Positions 24,240 to 36,104 of a stretch of 64,000 nucleotides of DNA are shown in pieces (position 1 is the stretch's first letter; the number at the start of each line of letters is the position of its first letter). Position numbers and translations under genes: made by a program. Under the pieces are notes generated by a model, which worked only from the letters and a program-made list of their open reading frames with translations, made no database searches and was not told the origin of the DNA. Source of the DNA: Mobula hypostoma (lineage: Eukaryota); contig NC_086098.1 in assembly GCF_963921235.1 (NCBI RefSeq), forward strand, positions 7,440,001 through 7,504,000, given 5' to 3'.

Positions 24240-26217
24240 AGCTCAATGCTTAAAAGACCAAACATCAAAATGGTGAAGAAATGTGATCTAAGTGACTTGG
24301 TTTGGTGGTGCCAGATAGGGTGGCTTGAGTATCTCTGAAACTGCTGTTTTGGGATATTCATGCACTACAGTCTCCAGAATTTACAGAGAATAGTATGATT
24401 CACAAACACATCCTGTGAGAGGCAGTTCTGTGGGTGCAAATGCATTGTTAATGAGAGAGGTTGGAGGAGAATGGCCAGACTGGTTCAAACTGAAAGGAAG
24501 GTGACAGTAACTCAAATTATAAAATGAAAGATCCCACCCACCCTGCTTGTAGGCTGTTTGTCCCACTCCCATCAGGAAGGAGGTAACATAACATTAACAC
24601 CAGGATCAGCAGTCTCAAAAACAATTACATGCCACAACCAAGAAGGCTGATCAGCATCTCTGCCCACTTACCACACAACAACACATCCCTCCACCACCAC
24701 TACTTTATCATTTCCTGTCAGAGTCACCTTATGTACAGACACTCCTGTAACTAGATAGAGAGATAGATACTTTATTGATTGCAAAGGAAATTACGGTGTC
24801 ACAGTAGCATTACAAGTGCACAGGTATAAATATTAGAAGAGAAATAAGAAAGAATGAAAAATATGTTACCTCAATCAGTCCAACAGGAGGGGGTCATCAC
24901 TCCTGGCTATAGGTTGACTCATTATAGAGCCTAATAGCCGAGGTTAAGAGTGACCTCATATAGCACTCTTTGGAGCAGCACAATTGTCTTAGTCTATCAC
25001 TAAAGGTGCTCCTCTGTTCAGCCAAGGTGGAGTGCAGAGGGTGAGAAACATTGTCCAGAATTGCCAGGATTTTCTGGAGGGTCCTTTGTTCTACCACAGC
25101 CTCCAGTGTGTCCAGTTTGACTCTTATTACAGAGCTTGCTTTTCTAATCAATTTATTGAGCCCGTTGGCATAACTTGTCTTGATGCCTTTGCCCCAGCAC
25201 ACCACCACATAGAAGACTGTACTTGTGACAACAGTCTGGTAGAACATGTGGAGGAGAGGCCTGCATACTCCAAAGGACCTCAGTCTCCTCAGGAAGTAGA
25301 GTCGACTCTGGTCCTTTTTGTACACAACCGCTGTGTAGGTGCTGCATCAAGTCTGTTATCCAGGTGCACCCCCAAATACTGGTAGGTCCTCACCACATCC
25401 ACGTCCTCACCATCAATAGTAACAGACAGCAGTGCAGGCTTAGTCTTCCTAAAGTCCATCACCACCTCCTTTGTCTTACTGGTGTTGAGCTACAGGTTGC
25501 ACCATTTGACAATGTCCTCCACCAGGGCTTTGTATTCATCCTCCCGTCCTCCCTTAATACACCCAACTGTTGCTAAGTTACCAGAGAATTTCTGCTGATG
25601 ACATGACTCAGTATGGTATATTATGTCCAAAGTATGCAGGGTAAACAGGAAGGGAGCCAATACAGTCTCCTTTGGAGCCCCAGTGCTGCTTAGAGCCATG
25701 TCTGACCCACAGCACTGAACCTGCACAAACTGTGGTCTGCCAGTCAGGTCGTCCATTATCCAGGATACAGTGGAAGTGCCAACCTGCACTGAACGGAGCT
25801 TTTCCCCCAGTAATGAGGGCTCTATGGTGTTGAAAGCACTCGAGAAATCAAAAAAACATGAAACCCACAGTGCTGCCTAGACTAGTGGCACTTTATGGGC
25901 AGACAATTAATCTACTGTATGTACATAAGCTATCTTGTGTATCTAAATTTATTGTGTTATTACTATGACTCTGTTCTTTATGTTTCATATTTTTTGTGTT
26001 GCATCGGATCTGGAGCAACAGTTGTTTTGTTCTGCTTTACACTTGTGCTGGAAATGACATTAAACAGTTTTGAAACTTTAAAACCTTGAAACCTTGTTAC
26101 AGCAGTGGTGTACAGAACAGCTTCTCTGAACGCACAACACGTCAAACCTTGACATAGATGGACTACAGCAACAGAAGACCACGAAGATATGCTCAGTGGC
26201 TACTTTACCAGGTTCAG
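24240..26217 (+). mobile_element. Tc1-derived non-autonomous element (about 24240-24520 and 26095-26217), split by Rex/Babar insertions
   Basis: aagaaatgtgatctaagtgact...agtatctctgaaactgctg matches 57671-58065, and the right part matches 62511-62640. Confidence 0.7.
24752..25876 (-). mobile_element. Rex1/Babar LINE RT C-terminal region, degraded
   Basis: ORFs 25490-25789 (GAPKETVLAPFLFTLHT) and 24897-25325 (QSRLYFLRRLRSFGV...VVCWG...SHPLH), with a (tatc)n tail. Confidence 0.85.
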
Positions 26218-26227
26218 AATTTATATA

Positions 26228-26722
26228 CAGTACTGTGCAAGAGTCTTTACCACAAGGGTTCCTAAGACTTTTGGACAGTATTTATCAATGTTGAGTGGCA
26301 AGCGAGTTTATAAATATGATGGGACTGAAGGATGTTGGAAATAGTGAGGGTGGAGTGCCACGAGGGTGGGGGGGGGCGGTGTGGGACAGGTGGCAGAGAA
26401 GTAGTGCAGGGGTGGGCGGTTGTGGTGGGGGTGCAGACACACCCAGCCCTGAGACGCCAGGCAAGGTCATTTGATTGCAAACAAAATGTTTATTGATCAT
26501 TACAGAATATCTCTTTGGTGCTTCCCTCTCCCTTCCCCTTTTCCCAACCATGATTCCCCTCTCCCTGGCCCCTTCCCACTCTCAGTCCACAATAGAGGTC
26601 CATATCAGAATCAGGTTTATCATCACTCACATGTGTCACAAAATTTGTTATTTTTGCAGCAGTATAGTTCAATACATAAAATCACTACAGTACTGCGCAA
26701 AATATCTTAGGCTTCCTAGCTA
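26228..26722. mobile_element. Composite MITE with Tc1-like CAGTACTGTGCAAAAGTCTTAGG ends, copy A
   Basis: Begins TA-cagtactgtgcaagagtct. The body is homologous to 41040-41570 (inverted) and 53526-53975. Confidence 0.7.
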
Positions 26723-27081
26723 TGCACAGTGCCTATAAAAAATATTCACCCCCTTGGAAGTATTCATGTTTTGTTTTACAACATTGAATCACAGTGGATT
26801 TAATTTGGCTTTTTTGACACCAATTGACAGAAAAAGACTCTTTTGTGTCAAAGTGAAAACAGATCGCTACAAAGTGATCTGAATTAATTACAAATATAAA
26901 ACACAAAATAAATGATTGCATCGGTATTCAACCCCTTTAATGTGACACACCAAATCATCACTGGTGCAGCCAATTGCTTTAGAAGTCACATAATTAGTTA
27001 AATGGAGATCACTTGTGTGGAATCAAAGTGTTTCAATTGATTGTAGTAAAAATACACCTGTATCTAGAAGGTCCAACTGCT

Positions 27082-27476
27082 TATGGTGAAATTTACAAGA
27101 CTTAGGTTGGGGCATTGTGGGCTAAACTATTATTTAAAGATAATAGGAAAACATCCTACTGGATTATGTGACTGTGGTAGTCCAGAGACAGTCCAGCATG
27201 TTTTGCTGAGCTGTAATCGATACAAAATTGAAAGAAGCATGTTGTTCAAGAGGCTATCTGGCTTAAATTTATTTTGGTTTTCTATTCAATCTTTGTTTGG
27301 CCATCAAAAGAATCAATATCTGATTGAAGAATCTATTATTCAGTTTATACGTGAGACTAGGTTGTATTCGAGAATTTGAGTTCCTTGAAGTTCTATAATT
27401 AATTATACATCCTGCGGAGGGTTGTAATACGCCTAGATACGTCTGACCTGCTGGAAATAGAAAAAAAAGAAGAAGA
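27082..27476 (+). mobile_element. I/Nimb-like LINE 3' fragment with 16-bp TSD
   Basis: AGAAGGTCCAACTGCT at 27066-27081 and 27477-27492. ORF 27083-27379 gives RLRLGH...CDCGSPETVQHVLLSC. (GAA)n tail. Confidence 0.8.
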
Positions 27477-27523
27477 AGAAGGTCCAACTGCTGGTGAGTC
27501 AGTATTCTGGCAAAAGCTACACT

Positions 27524-28520
27524 ATGAAGACAAAAAGAGCACTCCAAACAACTCTGCAAAACGGTTATTGAAAAGCACAAGTCAGGAGGTGGATACAAGT
27601 CACTGAATATCCCTTGGAGTACAGTTAAGTCAATCATCAAGAAATGGAAAGAATATGGCACACAACTGTAAATCTCCTTAGAATAGGCTGTCCTCAGAAA
27701 CTGACTGTGCAAGAAGGGGACTAGTGAGGGAGGCCGCCAAGAGACCTGTGACAACTCTGGAGGAGCTACAAGCTTCAGTGGCTGAGATGGGAGAGACTGT
27801 GCATGCAACAACTGTTGGCCGGGCGCTTCACCAGCTTTATGGGAGAGTGGCAAAGAGAAAGCCAATGTTGGAAAAAAAAACACACATGGAATCTCAGCTA
27901 GAGTTTGCAAGAAGGCATGTGTGAGGCTCTGAAGTCAGCTGGATGAAGGTTCTATGGTCTGAAGAAACCAAAATTGAGCTTTTTGGCTATTAGATTAAAT
28001 GCTATGTTTGATGTAAGCTAAAAACCACACATCATCAAAAACACACCATTCCTACCATGAAGCATGGTGGAAGCTGCATCATGCTGTGGGGATGCTTCAC
28101 TGCAGCAGGCCCTGGAGGACTTGTGAAGGTAGAGGGTAAAATGAATGTGGCAAAATACTGGGAAATCCTGGAGGAAAACCTGATGCAGTCTACAGGAGAA
28201 CTGCAACTTGGGAGAAGATTAGTTTTCCATCAAGACCCCAACCATAAAGCCAAAGCTACACAGGAATGGCTTAAAAACAACAAAGTTAATGTGGAGTGGC
28301 CAAGCCAGAGTCCAGACCCCAGTCCGATTGAAAATTTGTAGCTTGCCTTGAAAAGGGCTGTTCACTCATGAACCCCATGCAATCTGACAGAGCTTGAGCA
28401 ATTTTGTAAAGAATAATAGGGAAAAAAATTGCAGTGTCTAGATGTGCAAAGCTGATAGAGACCTATCCATACAGACTCAAGGCTGTAATTGCTGCTAAAG
28501 GTGCATCTACTAAATACTGA
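27524..28520 (+). pseudogene. Tc1-family DDE transposase pseudogene
   Basis: Fragments KHGGSCIMLWGCF, FHQD..H and EWPSQSPD.SPIENL, with several stops and frameshifts. Confidence 0.9.
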
Positions 28521-28697
28521 ATTGAAAGTGAACATTTATGCAATTACTCTGTGTTTTATATTTGTAATTAATTTAGATCACTTTGTAGATATGTTTTCAC
28601 TCTGACATGAAAAAGCCTTTTTCTGTTGATTAGTGTCCAAAAAAAAAGCCAAATTAAATCAACAGTGATTTATTGGTGTAAAAAAAACAATAAAACA

Positions 28698-28775
28698 TGT
28701 GTGTTGCTTGAATTTCCAGCATCTGCAGAATTCCTCGTGTTTGCGTTTTTAAATTCACTACTGCGAAGCTTCTTC
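28698..28775 (+). mobile_element. 78-bp Penelope-like extreme 3' insertion in the Tc1 right inverted repeat
   Basis: Matches 14185-14225. CAATAAAACA is duplicated at 28688-28697 and 28776-28785. Confidence 0.75.
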
Positions 28776-29233
28776 CAATAAAACAAGAACACTTCCAAGA
28801 GGGGTGAATACTTTTTACAGGCACTGTATATCGCACATTGGTTTGCTATAAATTCTATTTTATTTCTTTTACTGTAAATGCCTGCCAGAAAATGAATCTC
28901 AAGGTAGTATATGGTAACATACAGTGTACACACTTTAATAATATTTTAGTTTGACTTGTTAGGTAGTTAGACATGACCTTCTTCCTGTCACAAACAGTAG
29001 ACAGAAGTAATAATGCACCTTGCCTCTCTCCAATCCAATAAGACTGAAACCCTTCCCTTATTTTATTTCCACATTTTAATTCCACATCCCATTCCCATTC
29101 TGATATGTCTATCCACGGCCTCCTCTATTGTCAAGATGAAGCCACACTCAGGTTGGAGGAACAACACCTTATATTCCGTCTGGGTAGCCTCCAACCTGAT
29201 GGCATGAACATTGACTTCTCTAACTTCTGCTAA

Positions 29234-29807
29234 TAGAAACATAGAAACATAGAAAATAGGTGCAGGAGTAGGCCATTCGGCCCTTCGAGCCTGCACCGCC
29301 ATTTATTATGATCATGGCTGATCATCCAACTCAGAACCCAGCCTTCCCTCCATACCCCCTGACCCCTGTAGCCACAAGGGCCATATCTAACTTCCTTTTA
29401 AACATAGCTAATGAACTGGCCTCAACAGTTTGCTGTGGCAGAGAATTCCACAGATTCACCACTCTCTGTGTGAAGAAGTTTTTCCTAACCTCGGTCCTAA
29501 AAGGCTTCCCCTCTATCCTCAAACTGTGACCCCTCGTTCTAGACCTCCCCAACATCGGGAACAACCTTCCTGCATCTAGCCTGTCCAATCCCTTTAGGAT
29601 CTTATACGTTTCAATCAGATCCCCCCTCAATCTTCTAAATTCCAACGAGTACAAGCCCAGTTCATCCAGTCTTTCTTCATATGAAAGACCTGCCATCCAA
29701 GGAATCAATCTGGTGAACCTTCTTTGTACTCCCTCTATGGCAAAGATGTCTTTCCTCAGATTAGGGGACCAAAACTGCACACAATACTCCAGGTGTGGTC
29801 TCACCAA
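29234..29807 (-). mobile_element. Young 5'-truncated CR1 copy
   Basis: Open frame LVRPHLEYCVQFWSP...; nearly identical to the end of 59860-62510. (tttctatg)n tail. Confidence 0.95.
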
Positions 29808-30102
29808 ATGCCCCACCTCCCCCTCAAACTCCATCTGTTATTTATTTATATACACACATTCTTTCTCTCTCGCTCCTTTTTCTCCCTCTGTCTCTCTCAC
29901 TATACCCCTTGCCCATCCTCTGAGTTTCCCCCCCCCTTTTCTTTCTTCCTGGACCTCCTGTCCCATGATCCTCTCATATCCCTTTTGCCTATCACCTGTC
30001 CAGCTCTTGGCTCCATCCCTCCCCCTCCTGACTTCTCCTATCATTTTGGATCTCCCCCTCCCCCTCCCACTTCCAAATCTCTTACTAGCTCTTCCTTCAG
30101 TT

Positions 30103-30138
30103 AGTCCTGACGAAGGGTCTCGGCCCGAAATGTCGACT
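30103..30138 (+). ncRNA. Minimal type I hammerhead-ribozyme motif (best-preserved copy)
   Basis: agtc-CTGACGA-a-gggt(ctcg)gccc-GAAA-tg-TC-gact. Stem I is agtc/gact, stem II is gggt/gccc, both core boxes are present and helix III is vestigial. Activity is not shown. Confidence 0.7.
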
Positions 30139-32047
30139 GTACCTCTTCCTAGAGATGCTGCCTGGCCTGCTGCGTTCACCAGCAACTTTGATGTGCGTTG
30201 CTTGAATTTCCAGCATCTGCAGAATTCCTCGTGTTTACCCTTCCCTTATTCCTCATCAAAGGAATGATCTACTGCAGTTCAAAGCCACTCTAGTTCTCAT
30301 ATCGTCCCGATGGATATAATGTGCATAGAAAGATCGTAACTCTTTTTGAGATAAAATGGTCCTCAGGGGGCAGGTAAAGTTGTTAATATTGATGGCCACT
30401 TAAAACTGACTGAAATGAATGGCTGTTAATGATCTGAACATTAAAGTGAAGGATGGCTTTTTCTAGTGTAAAGGTAACAGCTGTCAGAAAGTGTTTCAGG
30501 TGGAAAGGACAATAATTAGAAGTTTAAATTCTGGACATAATAAGAAAAATTTGTTTGAGGTGCATCAATTTGACTGACTGTTTTATACAGTTTGCCTCTG
30601 GTGTTAAACCAGCTTGCAACATCAAACTGTAGAAAAATGTATTATGCAAAGTTTCTGTTGAACTAATTTGCAACGGGTGAAACAATAACTTCAGAGGGTG
30701 ATGTATTGAGCTGCTTGTAAAATGGCTGCAATATATTTCAAAGGCTGCATGTTGTGTTGGCTCGGAATCGAGGTGCTTTATCACGCAAACGTTTCGTCGC
30801 AGTGATCCAAAGATCGCAGTGAGATTCGGTTTTAATTCAATTATTGACTTTATTTTGGGGAAGTTGACTAGCTCCATCTGTGAAACATTAAACTCCGGTG
30901 GAAGGGGTTGTAAGTTCGGATCGCCACCCTGCTTTGACTGCCATTTGATGTCACTCTGAGGAAGTTTCGCCTTTCCTCAACCTGATTCCTTTTCATGTTA
31001 TAATATCGTCCACCCCAAGGGAATAACTACTTTCCTTTTTATTTTGGACCCACTGTATTTTTATGATCCTCTGAGCAATTTATAACTGTTTCAGCAGTCT
31101 TGTGCATCTTCTACATTGAATGAGGGAGAATTAGAACATGCACTTTGTATGGTCTGCACCAACCTTTTCTCTGAATGTATAAGTTTTCCCCCGGGTGTCT
31201 GGCTAACTTCCACATCCCCCCTCCCCAAAAAACTGCTCAATGCTAGTTATGTTCTTTGTATTATTTATTTATTAAACTTTTTTTTGTATTTCTGCATTTT
31301 ATTGTCTTTTGCACATTGTTTATTTTGTCTTTGTGTGCAGCTTCTCATTGATTCTATTGTATGTCTCTGTTCTTCTGTCAATACTTGCAAGAAAATGAAT
31401 CTCATACTTCGATAATAAATTTATTTTGGCCTTTGAACTTTGAACACTATGAGTTTCCCCTAGTGGGTGGGAGAGACTAGGTTACAAGGAAATACCTTCT
31501 GTTAGCGGTCATGATGTTGATGTCATCTTGTAAGTGTTCGATTACTAGCTATGCTTCCATAATGTCATTGTGGCATCCCTGTAAATCGTCATTTGATTGT
31601 AACCTTTGATCCGTTTCTCATTCTCTGAATTTTAAAAGGTTTCCTCTCTCATCATTGCCCCAACTCCTTTGCTCCACCCCCAGCCCCGTCTCTTTCATAT
31701 GAGTCTTCAAAGCAACTGGGGCCAAAGCAAACGTTAAACATCTGATATATGAAGACGAGGACTGAAAGAAACTGGTCAGCTAGTTCCTCAACATTTTCTG
31801 TCAAACATGTGGAAACAGGGTTGGTAGGAAAATGATGAGTTCCCTGAACAGTTCTTTCATCTTGCCTGATCTCCCTTTCCCAGACATGTGGAGTGGGTTG
31901 ATGGAACATCTGTATCTGCAAATTGGAACAAAGAGGTCAGACTATGTCACGAGAAGTAAAAGCAAGAAAAAAAAGTACAAATTCAAAGTATATGTATATC
32001 ACCATCTTGAGATTCGTTTCTTTGCAGGCATTTACTTGAGACTAAAG

Positions 32048-32340
32048 AGTGGCACGATAGTACGGTGGTTAGCACACCACTTCACAGTACAGGCAACCCC
32101 CGTTCAATTCCCACTGCTGTCTGTAAGGAGTTTGTACGTTCTCCCTGTGACCACGCAGGTTTCTTCCAGGTGCTTCGGTTTTCACTTGCTTTTACTTCCC
32201 ACAGTCCAAAGATGTACTTGTGGGAAGGTCAAACAATCATTGTAAATTGTCCCCGTGATTAGGCCCTGATTAAATTGGGGGATTGCTGGGTGGTGTGGCT
32301 CGAAGGGCCGGAAGGGCCTATTTGTGCTGTGTCTCAGTAA
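32048..32340 (+). mobile_element. HE1-like V-SINE
   Basis: gtggttagc head and V-domain ggagtttgtacgttctccctgtgaccacgc...cccacagtccaaagatgt. Confidence 0.8.
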
Positions 32341-32469
32341 CATAAAATACAACAAAACTTATGAAGAGCTACTCATAACGAAGACTTACAAACAAACCCA
32401 TGAAGGGTGCCAGCTGTTTATTCATTTCCACAGCATTTCATAGATGTTCTGTGAGCAAAGTGTGTGTCG

Positions 32470-32473
<4 letters not shown>

Positions 32474-32514
<41 letters not shown>
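32474..32514. repeat. (GT)n microsatellite, about 20 units
   Basis: Directly visible in the sequence. Confidence 0.98.
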
Positions 32515-32521
<7 letters not shown>

Positions 32522-33569
32522 CCTTGACAAGGACCAATGACTTCCTCCAGTACTGGGCGTGCATGAGGTTGGGGTGTTCCGGAGTTTGGAGTTCAATTCC
32601 AGTGCACTCTGTAAGGAGTTTGTATGTTCTCTCCATGGGATGCATGAGGTTTTCTCTGGGTGCTCTGGTTTCCTCCCACCTGTAGGTTAATTGGTCATTG
32701 TTATTTGACCTGTGATTAAGTTAGGGGTCATCGGGTTTGCCAGGTGTTGCTGGGGTGGTGTGGCTCAATGCTGGTCTGCTCCATGCTGTGTCGTGAAATA
32801 ACTAAATAAACCAACAAGACATTATCATGACCTTGTATGACCATATTCTGTGCGATGTTACACGATCACCAACAAGGAAAATGTTTAAGAGAGTCTATGT
32901 AAAGCAGAGACATACTCCCCATCACACTTCATTTAAACTGATACATAGAAATTGTTCACATCACACAGACCTGGCAATTACTGTCCAATTCCAATCTATT
33001 CCAAACATCAGCTGTAATGAAAAAATAATTAAGAGCCTGAGAATTAGTTTTCACATGAAATAGTTTCAGTGACTAGACACAATTGTATTTGGCAGCTGGT
33101 TCTAGGTTGGCTTTCGGATAACAAAGATGGTTAATTACCTCCCAAGGTGTCTTTTGAGTGCTTATATTGGCTGTATCAAAGGAAAGGAACCTCTGGTACC
33201 AAAACTTATCATGACATGCAGGATGTCACAGGCAACCACAATATTTATTTATTTATAAATGGAGGACCAGGCCATTCTAACCCAATGAACCCTGCTGCCT
33301 AGCAACCAATTTATTTAACCAGCCTAATCATGGGACAATTTATAATAACCAATTAATCTCCTAACCGGTACACCTGTGGGAGGAAACCGCAGAACCCAGA
33401 GGATACCCATGTGGTCACGGGAAGGATGTGCAAACTTTCTTATAGAGCGCTTCGCTGAACATCAACACCACCGAGCTTTACGTGACCCGCTTGTCACCTC
33501 AAAATGTCCCATAGACAGTAGCAGAATTGAACCTAGAATGAGCACACTCACATGCCACACCCAAAACAG

Positions 33570-33643
33570 AGGCCTAAATGGGGATTGAACCTGCGACCTT
33601 GGAGTAATAAGCACTGCGCTTTAACCAACTGAGCTAACCAGCA
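33570..33643 (-). pseudogene. tRNA-Ile-derived pseudogene
   Basis: The minus strand reads tgctggttagctcagttggttaaagcgcagtgcttattactccaaggtcgcaggttcaatccccatttaggcct and aligns without gaps to vertebrate tRNA-Ile(AAT). The acceptor and anticodon stems are broken. Confidence 0.8.
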
Positions 33644-33845
33644 CCTCTCTTGCAATTTGCATGGTATTTGTATTACAGTACACCTGTAGTTAAAAGCAAT
33701 GAGATCTGAAGCCAGGTCCTAAATTCGACAAATGCCTCATTAGTACTTAATGACTGCTGAGTACGGTTGCATTTTCGTTAATTGAGTTGTTTCACAGAAA
33801 CAGTGCAGACTGTAACAAATGGACGCAGCACATTTCTTAAAAAAA

Positions 33846-34010
33846 ACAAACACAGAAGATTCCGCAGATGCTGAAAATCTGCAGAAAGAGATGCTGCAGA
33901 CTCTGGAGTTGCCAGTCCTGATGAAGGGTCTCATTCTGAAACATTGGCTCTTTATTCCCTCCCCCCCATAGATGCTACCTGACCTGCTGAGCACCTCCAG
34001 CATTTTCTGT
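33846..34010. mobile_element. Short inverted Penelope-like terminus pair with hammerhead motif
   Basis: A minus-strand end (gcagatgctgaaaatc) is followed by plus-strand cagtcCTGATGAagggtctcattctGAAAcattggct. Confidence 0.65.
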
Positions 34011-34357
34011 TTTTCTTCTGAAACCATTCTTCTTTAAAATTAGTTAACCACTTCACCAGAGTTTTGAGAAAAAAAAAATCCCGAGAGTGCAAAGCTGCCT
34101 CTTGGGACTAAATTTGCACCTTGATTCAATAACATAAATGCCTACATTCAGTGGCCACTATATCCTGTTCCTAAAAAAGTAGCCAATGAAGGTATATTCA
34201 TGGACTTCTGTTACAGTCTCTCTCGTGCCCCTTGAAGATATCGGTCGATGCTGGGGAGGGTTGTTCCCGTGATGGAGGTGGCTGAGGCTCCGGTCCTTTG
34301 TAGCCTCTTTCAAGCCTACGCATTGGCACCTCAAAGTTCAAAGTACATTTATTACGT

Positions 34358-34968
34358 GGGAGGAGAGAGATAGCAGCGCACCACCATCCGGTGAAAATGA
34401 TATCGTATCCGTTAAATAGGGGCCGTGGACAATTCTGATTTGATGGAGACAGACGTGAAAGCACAGAGGAACATCTGGAGAAATTTCTGAAACGCAGGTT
34501 CGCTGCCGCTGTTACTGCGCGGTCGGGAATCTTCCGGAGGGAAGGCCTCAAAATCCCCAGCTTTGCCTGCTGTTGGCGACTGAGATTGAGGTCGAATTGT
34601 TCGGATAGAGATGGTGCTCGGTACTCGGTGTCGGAGAGCTGATCGGAGGCTCGAAGTTTTCGGATGACTCAGAGTCGGACTGTGGTCGGGCATGGCAGGG
34701 AGAGTTTTTCTTCCTTCTCCCGTCTGCGTGAGATGTGGGACATTTGAGAGACTTTGAACTTTTTACTGTGCTATGGCCTGTTCTTCATCGGGTTATGGTA
34801 TTGTTGCACTGTTGTAACTATTTGTTACAATTATGTGGTTTTGTTAGTTTTTTCAGTCTTGGTCTGTCCTGTGTTTTGTGATATCACACTGGAGGAAATA
34901 TTGTATCATTTCTTCATTCATGCATTACTAAATGACAATAAAAGAGGACTGTGTGTCTTCATAATCTA
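34358..34968 (+). mobile_element. Family A copy 4 (short variant)
   Basis: Body and 3' end match copy 2. Confidence 0.85.
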
Positions 34969-36104
34969 AAAAAAAATTATCAAACTAATAATTCATTATA
35001 TAACCTTGAGATTTGTCCCCTAACAGGCAGCCATGAACCAAAGAAACGCAAAAGAACCCATAAAAGAAGAAAACCGGCGAACACCCCAACGTGCAGAGAG
35101 AAAAAAAAAACAAATCATGTAAACAGTGACCGTAAGCAGAGAGCGTTATGAACTGAAATCCAGCACAGAGTCTGGGGAAAATAGCTCAGCACAGAGATAA
35201 GTAAACGTTGCAGAGCTGCGAGCTGAACTGGCCCGTCCCTCACCTCGGGCCCTGACAATCTGGCCCTGCGCCTAAATTGACTTCAGTCACCTCGGTGGAG
35301 AGTCAATGCTCCCCACTGCACATCTACACAAATTGGCAAAAGTATTCAGTGACATACCAAATCTCCCCCAACTCATAATGATGCACAGCTGCTGGCATGG
35401 TGTACAACGGCTATGGATCATGGTGTTGGAGAAGGATACTGCTGACTCATCTATGCTTTCCTGGATGATCTCAGATGATCTACTCTAGGCCCGATTTAGT
35501 AACTATTTTCATTGCTCTGTGTCACCAGTGACAACTCAGAACACAGCAATAACGCTGAGGTAAAAAAAATGTTCAATATCCAATGTGATTGAATATTGGA
35601 ATATCCTGTTTCACTGTCACCATTGTATAAAATGAAATTTAAATTCAATTTCCTCTAAGGAAAAAAAGTCCTGCCAAGCAACATTTTTCCTTGACTTTCA
35701 ATAGCCTCAGGGAATTCTACTTCCTTGCAAAGTCCGGGTCTTTGATGTTTTCCATTCACAAACCTTAATATTAGACATTGTTTTTTGACAATTATATTAA
35801 CTGAAATAAAGCAGAATTGAAATGAAAACTCAAGACCAAATGTATCTAAAATTAAATATTTTAGCTGCCATTTTTTTGTCTTTTTTCTGCTTAAAATACT
35901 CTTGCTATATTAAATCACAGACTGGTGCAGATCCGGCAATAAAAGGGGATAACTACACTCACTTGCTCCAATATTGAAATGTTCCCACAACCAATGATCT
36001 CACTTTAAGTACTCTTTATCTTATTATCCCATGTTCTCATTATTTATTGCTATTTATTTATATTTGCATTTACACAGTTCGTTGACTTCTGCTCTCTGGT
36101 TGAT

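Larger units (their letters stand above)
26727..28826 (+). mobile_element. Tc1/mariner DNA transposon with long (about 200+ bp) inverted repeats, degraded
   Basis: Left end cagtgcctataaaaaatattcaccccctt; right end ggggtgaatactttttacaggcactg followed by TA (the left flank reads CA). Transposase remnants lie inside. Confidence 0.9.
29070..30237 (+). mobile_element. Penelope-like 3' region (endonuclease end, UTR, hammerhead), split by a young CR1
   Basis: 29105-29227 encodes MSIHGLLYCQDEATLRLEEQHLIFRLGSLQPDGMNIDFSNF. The element resumes at about 29807. Confidence 0.85.
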
